Below, piece after piece: positions 21,974-31,224 of a stretch of 64,000 bases of DNA. Under the pieces are notes generated by a model. That model did not search any database, had not been told where the DNA came from, and was given only the letters and a program-made list of their open reading frames with translations. The position numbers and the translations under genes were made by a program. The stretch's first letter is position 1; every line of letters begins with the position of its first letter. Source of the DNA: a virus (lineage: Duplodnaviria; Caudoviricetes); IMG/VR virus record IMGVR_UViG_2657244976_000004, positions 11,675 to 75,674 of that record; one strand, written 5' to 3'.

Positions 21974-22176
21974 TGAACCTACTTAAGCGTTTAGCCTCGC
22001 GCGGGATTGCAGGCCTTTGTGATTTTGTCATACTCGCAACAATTGCCTCTATAGTCTGGTTTTTGTTCATATCTGAATCCGAATTTAGATATTTTAAAGC
22101 CGCGTTATCCTGTGTCGGATTTATCATCGCATATGCCATTTACTATATTGCAGATAAAATCCATGACGGCGTATAA
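21973..22176 (+). CDS. Small 2-TM protein (pair 1, small gene)
   Basis: TAATG stop/start overlap; two hydrophobic helices. Confidence 0.65.
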   Translation: MNLLKRLASRGIAGLCDFVILATIASIVWFLFISESEFRYFKAALSCVGFIIAYAIYYIADKIHDGV

Positions 22177-22237
22177 CTTTGCGTAACCTAACATGACTTG
22201 CAGATGCCGGGCCATTAAGCCCGGTTTTATCTTCTAG

Positions 22238-22380
22238 TCTATTTCCTCTGTGAGAATAACCTCGCGTTCAACTTCAGGTATTTGAATTCGCTGATCAATA
22301 AAGTGCCCTACTGGAATATCAATTAGCTGGCCATCTTCGTAATCTTTGATATTGTTCTGTGCAAATGCTGGGGAAGTAGG
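22238..22380 (-). pseudogene. Tail fibre C-terminal remnant
   Basis: Reads PTSPAFAQNNIKDYEDGQLIDIPVGHFIDQRIQIP, typical of tail fibre C-termini. Confidence 0.55.
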
Positions 22381-22485
22381 ATTTGATTCTATTTTCAGAA
22401 TTTTGCTCACTATAATGGTTTGGAATATTGATCCTTAATCCAATATGCTAAGTGGAAGCGAATGTCGTCACAACAAGGAAATGTT

Positions 22486-23127
22486 ATGGATTCATCAAGA
22501 TTTATTAAGGCCATGGCTGAGGGAATCAAGTCTATCCCCATGGATTTATATTTGGGGGTTGAACGAACCTTTCAAGATTTAAATCTTTCCGATGGCGGAC
22601 GATATTATCAACAACGTAATATGTCTGATGATAAGCGTTTTCTTAATGCCTTCAATAATCTCATTCGCGATCGATTTATTATCGCTAAAATAGCAGATAT
22701 CATCATTCATGATACCCTCAGCCGTTTACCGGATGAAACCATTCAACAATTACACCAAGAACTTATCTATGGTGCCACCGGTAAAATTACGCGTATGGCA
22801 GCACAAACATTGATATCAGGTTATATCAGTGGACGAGTCGTTAGTGGCTTAGCGGCCAGTTCTGCGGTCACGCTGAGTTTTAGACTGGGTACCACCGCGA
22901 TGGTTTCCATAGTTATGCTACAAGGGATCGCATCTCGCGCATGTGAAGCATCACGGACATTAGCCCGAGAAAATCCATCGCTTTTTAATAAGCTAAAACC
23001 GGATGATTACGATATGTTGTTCTTTCTTTTTGAGAAGCCGTTCGAGCGTTTGATGAAACTCAGTAAAATGGCAAAAAACAACCCTATAGCGTTGAGGCAT
23101 TTTGCAGATGAAATCAAAAGTTATTAA
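22486..23127 (+). CDS. Hypothetical ~213-aa protein (pair 2, large gene)
   Basis: AAGGA RBS; distant paralog of 21329..21973. Confidence 0.7.
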   Translation: MDSSRFIKAMAEGIKSIPMDLYLGVERTFQDLNLSDGGRYYQQRNMSDDKRFLNAFNNLIRDRFIIAKIADIIIHDTLSRLPDETIQQLHQELIYGATGKITRMAAQTLISGYISGRVVSGLAASSAVTLSFRLGTTAMVSIVMLQGIASRACEASRTLARENPSLFNKLKPDDYDMLFFLFEKPFERLMKLSKMAKNNPIALRHFADEIKSY

Positions 23128-23326
23128 TGGTTTTTTGCGATTCATCTTCGATATGATTGGCGTTATCGTTACGTTCATAATGGCTATAGGATTTATGATT
23201 GCTTATGCCTTCTATGAAGGGATTACCGCCTGGGGTGTTGCTATCGGCTTCTTCGTGGTCGGCGCTGTAATATTCTGGGCTGTGCAAAAATGTAGTGATA
23301 AATTCACAGTAACTAAACAGAAATAA
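23108..23326 (+). CDS. Small 2-TM protein (pair 2, small gene)
   Basis: Overlaps upstream stop; two hydrophobic helices. Confidence 0.65.
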   Translation: MKSKVINGFLRFIFDMIGVIVTFIMAIGFMIAYAFYEGITAWGVAIGFFVVGAVIFWAVQKCSDKFTVTKQK

Positions 23327-23700
23327 AAGATTGAACATCGCGAAGAGTGATATCTGACATTTTTAGCTAACGTTTAACCGGGTAATTAAGCCCGGTTTGT
23401 ATTTCTAATTTACCTTCGCAATGAATAATCAACCAACGGATATTCAGCAATTGGCGGCACTCAAACAGTACCGCGCCGCGCCAGAGATTGACTGGCCGGA
23501 GTTGCCATATTTTTAACGGGCGATATCGCGTTGACGTCGCCTTATTTCTGCCAGTTTTTCGCACCCTATTTATTCCGCACTGTGATTGTTTTTCCTCCCT
23601 TATTCATATCGATAACTTATTATTTTAAATAGAAAAAATGTTTGTCCTAAAGTGGTGCGAAGTGATTGCTCACACTGATCACCATAACTATCATCGCCCG

Positions 23701-24585
23701 ATGAAAACGACCCCTACACCCCATGATGCATTTTTTAAGAATTTTATGACCCAGCCCGCGACGGCGTGTGACCTGCTGGAGTTCCATTTACCGCCTGAAT
23801 TGCGGCAACTTTGTGACCTGAGCACCTTACGGCTGGAATCGGGCAGTTTTATTGAAAACAACCTGCGCGCTTGCTACTCGGACGTGCTCTACTCGCTCAA
23901 AACGACTGCGGGGGACGGTTATGTTTACGCCCTCATTGAACATCAAAGTTCGCCTGATAAACATATGGCTTTTCGCATGATGCGCTACGCTATTGCCGCC
24001 ATGCAGAGCCACCTCGAAGCGGGGAACGACCAGTTGCCGCTGGTCATTCCCATGTTGTTCTATCATGGCATGGTCACGCCGTATCCGTATCCCATGAGCT
24101 GGCTGCATGCCTTTAACCAACCCGCACTCGCCGAGAGGTTGTACAGTCGTGACTTCCCGCTGATCGATGTGACGGTAATCCCCGATAACGAAATCATGAC
24201 CCATCGACGCATTGCTCTGCTGGAACTGTTGCAAAAACATATTCGTCAGCGTGAGTTATCTGAATTATCGGATCAACTGGTCATGGTGATAGCAAGTGGT
24301 TACACTACAGAAGATCAACTAAAAGCGGCGATAAATTACATCATACAGGTTGGTGATACGGCAGACCCAGAAGCGTTCCTCCGCAGCCTGGCCAACCGCT
24401 TACCGCAGCACGAGGAGTCACTGATGACAATTGCACAAAAACTGGAACAAAAAGGCGAAGCTAACGGGCTAAAGAAAGGTAAGTTGGAAGTTGCCCGAAC
24501 TATGTTTGCCAATGGTCTTGACCGTGCCACAGTAATGAAAATGACCGGTCTAAGCGATAAAGAACTGGCACAAATTTGCCATTAA
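23701..24585 (+). CDS. Rpn/YhgA-like recombination-promoting nuclease (putative transposase_31)
   Basis: TPHDAFFK, YSDVLYS, LIEHQS, PLVIPMLFYHG, MTIAQKLEQKG. Confidence 0.92.
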   Translation: MKTTPTPHDAFFKNFMTQPATACDLLEFHLPPELRQLCDLSTLRLESGSFIENNLRACYSDVLYSLKTTAGDGYVYALIEHQSSPDKHMAFRMMRYAIAAMQSHLEAGNDQLPLVIPMLFYHGMVTPYPYPMSWLHAFNQPALAERLYSRDFPLIDVTVIPDNEIMTHRRIALLELLQKHIRQRELSELSDQLVMVIASGYTTEDQLKAAINYIIQVGDTADPEAFLRSLANRLPQHEESLMTIAQKLEQKGEANGLKKGKLEVARTMFANGLDRATVMKMTGLSDKELAQICH

Positions 24586-24916
24586 GTTGCTAGCTAAATC
24601 CCTACTTTTAGCAGGCGATGTTGCCTTAAACGTCGTCTGTTTGCGCTGTTTATTCCCCCTTTCCCTTTTTATTTCTTACTCTTTGTTGCCTCATCCATCA
24701 TTAACGCATCACCACGATAACCCCCTATTTTTACAGAAAAAATGTTTGTCCTAAAGTGATGCTGGTTGATTGCACGGCAAAACTTCGATGGGCTATAGTC
24801 ACGCCGCAGCGGCAAAATCCGCTGTCGGGTTTGGAACCTCGGAAATTACCAAAGCGCACGACCGTAGACACGGCTATTATGTGCGGGCACAGTGACACCT
24901 GTAATATGCAAGAAAC

Positions 24917-24992
24917 GGTGAACTGGGTGGGGGCATCGCAAGATGCGCCGGGTTCTTTGGTAACCGGTAGTTCCAACCTCGCTCAGTTCACC
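24917..24992 (+). ncRNA. C4/CI-like antisense RNA (copy 2)
   Basis: Same scaffold as copy 1; loops CTTTGGTAA and GTTCCAA complement flanking target sites. Confidence 0.7.
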
Positions 24993-25154
24993 ACCCATAA
25001 AGAGATTGGAACCTCAAGGTGGTGATTAGTCCCCCTACCAAAGAGGTAGTCATCATGGATCTGACGACTAAACACCTGTCATTATTTACCAGCAATATCA
25101 TTGTTATTCCCACTCCTGTTTCTTCATCTACCCCTCTGCTGCCGGAGGTGCGCT

Positions 25155-25340
25155 ATGTACGATGACACCCCCTGCGAAGTAGAAGAACTTATCGACCACT
25201 GTCGTGCGTTGATTTACGCCATCGTCACGCTGGAATCACAGGAAGTGAAAGAAATACTCAATTTTGTCTTACAACAGCAAATAGACTTGTTACACAACAC
25301 CTATCAGCAAGATCTCAACGAGCTTCTAGTGACCGCTTAA
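25155..25340 (+). CDS. 61-aa protein downstream of C4-like cassette (copy 2)
   Basis: GGAGG RBS; EELIDHCRALI...LESQEVKEILNFVLQQQIDLLH shared with copy 1. Confidence 0.6.
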   Translation: MYDDTPCEVEELIDHCRALIYAIVTLESQEVKEILNFVLQQQIDLLHNTYQQDLNELLVTA

Positions 25341-25395
25341 CAACACTGTGCTTAAGGCATCGTGAGGTGCCTTTTCTCTACAATAGGGGGAGATA

Positions 25396-25681
25396 TGAGC
25401 AGTTTTTTAAATGAGTTAATGACATCCACGAAGCAGGCCGTTGCTATTAGTCATGGTGAGTTAGATGCAGGCCGAGTGACTCAGGTCGCTATCCCTGATG
25501 TAAAAGAAATCAGAAAAAAACAGGGTATAAGCAAAAAGACTTTGCACAACTTGTTGGAGTGAGTCCATCGTTGGTTGAGGCATGGGAACAACATAGGAGA
25601 ATTCCATCAGGCAGCTCACTTAAGCTGTTGATCATGATTGACAAGCATCCCTCCCTCATTAATGAGCTTTCAGGCATTTAG
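25396..25681 (+). pseudogene. XRE HTH protein (NadS/HigA-like), frameshifted
   Basis: One extra A in the A7 run at 25514-25520 restores RKKTGYKQKDFAQLVGVSPSLVEAWEQ. Confidence 0.65.
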
Positions 25682-25742
25682 TCGTTCTCGCAAGACCTCT
25701 TACAATCTGTAGTTGTGCCAAAAACGGCACAACGCTACCCCA

Positions 25743-25817
25743 CTGTTTCATCATGATATCCAGCGGGCCGCTGATATGCTTTCGTATAGTCGGCAGAAAT
25801 GCGTCAAGTGTTGCCAT
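25743..25817 (-). pseudogene. 5' stub of a virion gene (MATLDAFLPTIRKHI...) at the deletion junction
   Basis: Start follows the upstream gene's stop; frame ends after about 27 codons. Confidence 0.5.
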
Positions 25818-25819
25818 GG

Positions 25820-26272
25820 TTATTCGGCCTCGGTGCTGGCAGCGTTTTTAGTCTGAATGGCTTCGCGAACACGCACGCGGAAATCATCTACCTTTTCCTG
25901 AGCACCCTGTTTTATATCCAGATCTTCAGATTCGACTAAGGTGGCCAGTTGAACCGAGGTCAGTTTGGCAATATCAACCTCATCACCACCGATCTTCAGG
26001 ACAAAACTATTTTTTTCAGCCTCAAGTTTGGCTTGTTCTATCAATTGCGCCGCTAATTCTGCATGTTCTTGCTCTGAGGCTTGTTGCAGATTGAGCGTAC
26101 TTTCCAATTCATCGTGACGGATAAATACCGTTGGGAAATCCAGCAGTTGATGAGCAATAGCACTTTCAACTTCAACCGGTTTATGGCGCGGGAAGACCAG
26201 GCGGCTACCGGTAATGGTATCGCGTTTTTTTTCTTTTAGGCCGATATAGACCACGGCGATTTTGTTAGACAT
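25820..26272 (-). CDS. Hypothetical phage head-region protein
   Basis: VYIG.K..KRDTITGS motif; position after capsid genes. Confidence 0.65.
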   Translation of the reverse strand: MSNKIAVVYIGLKEKKRDTITGSRLVFPRHKPVEVESAIAHQLLDFPTVFIRHDELESTLNLQQASEQEHAELAAQLIEQAKLEAEKNSFVLKIGGDEVDIAKLTSVQLATLVESEDLDIKQGAQEKVDDFRVRVREAIQTKNAASTEAE

Positions 26273-26307
26273 GAGAGACTCCAGATTGCGGGTAGTAAAG
26301 TGGTTAA

Positions 26308-26421
26308 TGACAAAGCTATTAGTCACTTAGTGAGTGAAGGGTTTACCGCACCTCGGGGCACTCCGACGGCTTACGCCGTTATGACCCCAACGGCACGATT
26401 CCCCTTCATTTAACTTTGTCA
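26308..26421. repeat. YPAL-like palindromic miniature element
   Basis: Terminal inverted repeats TGACAAAG/CTTTGTCA with nested GAAGGG..CCCTTC and ACGGC..GCCGT stems. Confidence 0.55.
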
Positions 26422-26457
26422 GCAGTTTCAAGCCCACCTAAGCAGGCTTGTGTGAAA

Positions 26458-26841
26458 TTAGTAACCGACAGCCACGTACAGGATATTCACCACCAGTCGG
26501 CCATTTGCCGCGCCACCGGCAATCACCGCAGTCACTTTCTCACCTGCTGCTTGCGTGCTGTAAGGGACAATTGGCACATTCTTCGCGACAGCGGCGGTAT
26601 GGCTGGCGGCGGCCACTAATGTGGTAGCTCCGCTCTTAACCTCTATGGTGACACCCGCACCCAGCGCTTCACTGACCACACTCACACCATAAATTCGCAT
26701 ACCAATAGGCAACTCCAGAAACTCAATCACATCACCGACAGCAGCATCTTTCAAAATAATCTGCCCTTCAGCCAGCGACAGATTTCCTTGCGGGCCTTGA
26801 TATACCGCATCGCCAATAGAAGGCGCTTTAATAATTGTCAT
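26458..26841 (-). CDS. Head decoration/cement-like protein
   Basis: Small beta-rich protein directly after the capsid gene. Confidence 0.55.
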   Translation of the reverse strand: MTIIKAPSIGDAVYQGPQGNLSLAEGQIILKDAAVGDVIEFLELPIGMRIYGVSVVSEALGAGVTIEVKSGATTLVAAASHTAAVAKNVPIVPYSTQAAGEKVTAVIAGGAANGRLVVNILYVAVGY

Positions 26842-26917
26842 AACATTTTTCTCCAGACAAAAAGAAAGCAGACCGAAATCTGCTCCTTGTAGCATTGATG
26901 AATGGTATTCCTAGGCG

Positions 26918-28141
26918 TTACTTGCCCAGAGTGACCGCTGAGTCCACCACCATGACGCCGTGGTCATTGACTCGGCCATCTTTCTGTTTGAAGCGGATCT
27001 TCTTCAAACCGTTAATCCAACGAATTGACACTTCAGTACCATTGTTGTGGTCCACTTTCTCTTCGTTATAACCGAAGAAACCACCGCCATCACCGGTACC
27101 GTAAGCATTCGCCAATGCCTGGCCGCCCAACAGCATAGCGCGGTCAATGGTGGTGCCGGTGGTGATAATCTTGGTTGAAGCCGCCAAGTCATTATTGGAT
27201 ACCAGCACTTTAGAACCGGCATTGAAGCGGACTGGCGTACCGCCATATTTCCGCACCAACACATTGCGCCACATGGCACATTCGCCCTTGAACAGCGGGT
27301 GATCGAAGCCCTTAGAACGCTGCACTGCTCGGGTCATCATTGCTTGCCAGTCTTTACCAGACGTGGAGGTATACCAGTCATTCCACTGGCGTGGTGTCAC
27401 GTACAGAACAAAGTACGGATCCTCATTAGCCAACTCATCTTTAGACATACGGATGGGCTGTAATGGATGAGCCATTTCATCAAGGAACAAGGCAATGTTA
27501 TCGACAGTGGCCAGCGTGAACAGATCCGCAGCATCCAAGGTTTCCATGGAGGTGGCATCACCAGAATAGAAATGGCGGTCATAGGTTGGCGGCAACACAT
27601 CGTTAATCATGATCTTGCCAAACTCACCGTGATCAGCCAGTGGCACGATGGTGTCATCGGCCATGTAATCGCCACGCGCACCGGCCAGATGGAAGGTGGC
27701 AGACTGGTCCTGCACATCATTGAAGTAAGTCCCCAGCAAGGTGCGGGCGGTCTTATTCAGGTTGTGTTTGAAACGCTGTTCAGACATCTTCCCGCCAGCA
27801 TCAACCAGATGGCGACCTTGGTTAATCTTCAGCGAGAAATCCGCGAACGCCAGATTTTCACCGCGACCAGCCAATTTCTCATCGCCCATGGTGGGACGCT
27901 TAGATAGTTTATGGACGATCTGCATATCTACTTCATCACCCTTCTGCTTTTGCAGATCAGTGATACGCACAACCGGCGCATTGTGGCTGGTCTGGGTAGT
28001 ACCTTTCTTATCAGGATTGACCGACTTCGGCGCTTCCTGTTGTTCGGTTAACACGTTAACAAATGAGCGGTTACGGTTTGCAGCCGTGAACAGCGCTACC
28101 TGCATCAGCTTATTCGCTTGGGCAGAGGTGATAGTCGTCAT
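26918..28141 (-). CDS. Major capsid protein (N4-gp56/DUF4043-like)
   Basis: PVVRITDL.K..GDEV, PLFKGE..MW, DRAMLLGGQAL, DHGVMVVD. Confidence 0.88.
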   Translation of the reverse strand: MTTITSAQANKLMQVALFTAANRNRSFVNVLTEQQEAPKSVNPDKKGTTQTSHNAPVVRITDLQKQKGDEVDMQIVHKLSKRPTMGDEKLAGRGENLAFADFSLKINQGRHLVDAGGKMSEQRFKHNLNKTARTLLGTYFNDVQDQSATFHLAGARGDYMADDTIVPLADHGEFGKIMINDVLPPTYDRHFYSGDATSMETLDAADLFTLATVDNIALFLDEMAHPLQPIRMSKDELANEDPYFVLYVTPRQWNDWYTSTSGKDWQAMMTRAVQRSKGFDHPLFKGECAMWRNVLVRKYGGTPVRFNAGSKVLVSNNDLAASTKIITTGTTIDRAMLLGGQALANAYGTGDGGGFFGYNEEKVDHNNGTEVSIRWINGLKKIRFKQKDGRVNDHGVMVVDSAVTLGK

Positions 28142-28200
28142 AGATACTCCATAAATGAAAAACCCGCCAAAGCGGGTTGAGGTTTAAGTCAATTAGGTAA

Positions 28201-29262
28201 TCAGATTGCCTGCTCTAACAACGCCTCAATTTGGGCATCCGTCATACCAGCAAACATGGCCTGTAACTGATCCGGAGAAGCGTTAGCGGCCTGCTCCAAG
28301 GGCGAAGCTGTATGGGTGGTGGTTACCCCGAGATCCGACGGTGAGCCAGGGACTTGAGTCGCCGCCGTAGCAGCGGCCAGTTTCTCGGCGGCAATTCGTT
28401 GCATATCGGTGGTGGTCGTGGTTGCCGCCGTGGTGGTAGCCTGCTGTTGTTTAACCGGTTCGACCGATTCACCGTAAGCGGCCTTGGTACGTTTCGCGAC
28501 TTCCACAAAGCGCTCAGTTAAAGACTTGTCTTTCCATGCTGGGTCATTTTGCAAATTCGTATCAATGTGTACCGCCAGTGTGAAGCGGTCAGGATCTTGG
28601 TCCTGCCATGACTTCAGGTCAGGTACCGCATTGATGGCATCTGTAACCGGATTACCACTCGACTGATGGGCGGGTTCTGCTGGCTGGCCTTGTTGCAGGT
28701 AATCGATTTTCTGCACCACGGTGTCCAGCACTGCCGCCATCTCAGGAAAGTTTTCACGGATGGAATTGATTTGCTCAGGGGTAACCTGAGCTTTCTCAGG
28801 TAAAGGAACGGGCTGCATACCGGCAGAGTTGATTTGTCGCGTTAACGCTGCCAATTGACGCCGGGCTTCAGCTAACTCAGTTGCCGTTTGCTGATTGGAG
28901 CCTACCAAACGCTGTTTTTCCGCCCGCTCGGCCACCAGTACGTCATAAGGAATAACATGCTGACCATCTTTGCTGAGAATCCCTTTCGGTTTCTCAGTGC
29001 TTTCAGTGGTTGCCGCAGGCGTGGTTGCTGCCGTTTTAGCGATTAGCACTTCAGTGGCCGGTGCAGTCGTCGTCGCGCCCGGCGTCAGCTCGTCTTTCTT
29101 ATCGCCCGTATTTAATACTGCTGCGTTAGTCTCGTCAGTAGCGACTGGCGTAGTGGTTACTGCCGCTGTCTGTGTTACATCAGAAATATCCACATCACCA
29201 AACCCATCGATCAGCGCTTCCAACTCTTCTGGGGTTTCATTACCTGTTAATTCAATGTCCAC
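28201..29262 (-). CDS. Scaffolding-like protein
   Basis: Acidic low-complexity sequence, KDGQHVIPYDVL; precedes capsid. Confidence 0.7.
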   Translation of the reverse strand: MDIELTGNETPEELEALIDGFGDVDISDVTQTAAVTTTPVATDETNAAVLNTGDKKDELTPGATTTAPATEVLIAKTAATTPAATTESTEKPKGILSKDGQHVIPYDVLVAERAEKQRLVGSNQQTATELAEARRQLAALTRQINSAGMQPVPLPEKAQVTPEQINSIRENFPEMAAVLDTVVQKIDYLQQGQPAEPAHQSSGNPVTDAINAVPDLKSWQDQDPDRFTLAVHIDTNLQNDPAWKDKSLTERFVEVAKRTKAAYGESVEPVKQQQATTTAATTTTTDMQRIAAEKLAAATAATQVPGSPSDLGVTTTHTASPLEQAANASPDQLQAMFAGMTDAQIEALLEQAI

Positions 29263-29540
29263 GTTTTGACTCCTGCATGACTATTTACCAAATAAGAAAG
29301 GCGTATCGCTGCCCATGCGAATAAGCATTCTTGGGTAAGAGCGCTTAGCGACATGAACCGGATGGGTTGAAAAATAAAAAATCACAGATTGTGTGGCGTT
29401 AATTAAGAATAAATCCAAATATACCCTTTTGACTTTCTAAGAATCCGAATTTGCGATATGGTTCGCGGGGAACTCAGTTAATAAAAAACATACTCAGTAC
29501 AATATTAATATTAAATAAAATCTCAATGGAAAGCATCCAA

Positions 29541-30098
29541 ATGGAAGAAAAACGCAAAACATACTTAACTTCTTATATCTTTCTGGCTATCGGTTTGATT
29601 CCATTTATACTTATCACAATATATATAGATGACGAATCCCCCACAGAGCTATCATTATTTTTATCTGCTTTTATAGATAACTCTCTGTTAGGTAATGTGG
29701 GTATGACATCGTCATTATTCCCAGTATTCAGCAAAGCAATATCAAATTATAATGCGTTAATGGCACCATTTCTTAGTGTAGTTATGTATTCGTTTCTAAT
29801 AATAACAAAAAAGTTACCTGCTCAATCTAAAAAAACTAAGAGTAGTATCTCCAATTACATTAAGACCATTATCAACATTTCATTGTTTTATTGTATATTT
29901 CTTCTTGTTACTTGTTTCTTTAATATAGATCTGAATGGTCATGGCCGATTGGGGCGTTTTGGCCAAAGCAAATATACTTTATTACTGCTCTATATTATGT
30001 TCTATCCATGTTGGTTCCTTATGAACTGTGCCATGATCGGTGTTTATGCAAGCTTTACGAATCGTTTTCTTGCAGGAAGACGTGCTATCGATCAGTGA
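29541..30098 (+). CDS. Colicin immunity protein (Cui/A-type, multi-TM)
   Basis: Several hydrophobic helices, SS.FP.FSK..SNY...APF motif; convergent with colicin. Confidence 0.75.
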   Translation: MEEKRKTYLTSYIFLAIGLIPFILITIYIDDESPTELSLFLSAFIDNSLLGNVGMTSSLFPVFSKAISNYNALMAPFLSVVMYSFLIITKKLPAQSKKTKSSISNYIKTIINISLFYCIFLLVTCFFNIDLNGHGRLGRFGQSKYTLLLLYIMFYPCWFLMNCAMIGVYASFTNRFLAGRRAIDQ

Positions 30099-30117
30099 TA
30101 GCTCGTCTTCTTATTAC

Positions 30118-31026
30118 TTAATAGTCGGTCCTCAGCGCATCGTATAAATCTTCGATTTCATTATTAAATTTATCCACCAATTCAGCATCAATTAATGATG
30201 CCAAAATCGCTATTCCGAAAATTGCGAGAGCGTAAGCAGCGGCTGGAGGGAAGAGCATCGGGACATGGGCAGCAAGACCAAGCACAATATAGGGTATATA
30301 TCTTGTCATCGCCGCTGCCGCAACCCCACTCAATGCCATAGCTTCAATCTCTAGCATTAACGGCTTCCAATTGCCAGTTCTGAACCCTTCCTCAATTTTT
30401 GAAAAAAACACTTCGACGATGAACCCTTTAGCTAACAACCCAGAAGCGGCACTCAATCGGCCAAGATTATCAGCCAGGGTTCTTTTATCCATAGCCTTAA
30501 CCGCATCAGCAAGAGCATTACGATCATCTTGTGCTAATTTAAAATAACGACCATTTTGAAATTTCTCCATGCTGGCAATAGCATCTTGATAATTTCTAAT
30601 TTTTCTTCCTTTAATATTCTGAGAAAGTTTTCCCGCTATTTTCCCCAATTCATCACTGTGCTTCCTGGTAATATCACGTATGACTTCAGCGAGCAGTTTA
30701 GTGTCGTTCTTCAATTTTTCGTCTAACTCTTTATTTTCTGTTTCCTCACTTGAGGCCGTGCCTGACAAATCATCTAAATAATCTAAATATTCAAATATAG
30801 ATTGACCGAATGAGTCAGGATTATAATCATTCCTTCGGCGTGGTCGGTAGAGTGAACCGCTTGGGAAAGAACGATGCGGACTGTCAGATATTGAACCAAA
30901 TCTTTGGCTGGTATTATTAGATACCGTATCATTTAACTGTTCCGGGCCGCCGGTAATAGTAATAACCACCTCTCCAGCTGCATTATAGGGAACCCCGTTA
31001 CGATAATGAGTTATTGATGAAGACAT
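30118..31026 (-). CDS. Compact pore-forming colicin-like bacteriocin
   Basis: GRKIRNYQDA, LADNL, GFRTGNWKPLMLEIE, hydrophobic hairpin, ASLIDAELVDKFN. Confidence 0.85.
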   Translation of the reverse strand: MSSSITHYRNGVPYNAAGEVVITITGGPEQLNDTVSNNTSQRFGSISDSPHRSFPSGSLYRPRRRNDYNPDSFGQSIFEYLDYLDDLSGTASSEETENKELDEKLKNDTKLLAEVIRDITRKHSDELGKIAGKLSQNIKGRKIRNYQDAIASMEKFQNGRYFKLAQDDRNALADAVKAMDKRTLADNLGRLSAASGLLAKGFIVEVFFSKIEEGFRTGNWKPLMLEIEAMALSGVAAAAMTRYIPYIVLGLAAHVPMLFPPAAAYALAIFGIAILASLIDAELVDKFNNEIEDLYDALRTDY

Positions 31027-31134
31027 TTTATTTCCTTTTTTGTCTTATTTATATCCAATGAGTATGTATAAGCACACTTGCTGTATATACAGCGGTAACT
31101 ATATTTCAGATGTGATGTATAAATGCCAGAAAGC

Positions 31135-31222
31135 AAAAAGCCCCGCTGTTTAGGCGAGGCTTAATTCAATGCAATGTATAACATCTTTCTGGAATTTAGC
31201 GCGTATTTTGTCGGCATGCAAT
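31135..31222 (-). promoter_or_regulatory. pR'-like late promoter copy 2 with terminator
   Basis: TTGCAT-17bp-TAAATT, AAAGATG, then AAGCCTCGC..GCGGGGCTTTTT. Confidence 0.6.
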
Positions 31223-31224
31223 AG

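Noticed and set aside
23701-24585. IS element around rpn
   Set aside because: No terminal inverted repeats or target duplication seen; Rpn proteins are not established transposases.
20005-25375. Invertible segment (shufflon) between the inverted cassettes
   Set aside because: Repeats are diverged, no invertase is present, and internal tail remnants keep the late-gene orientation.
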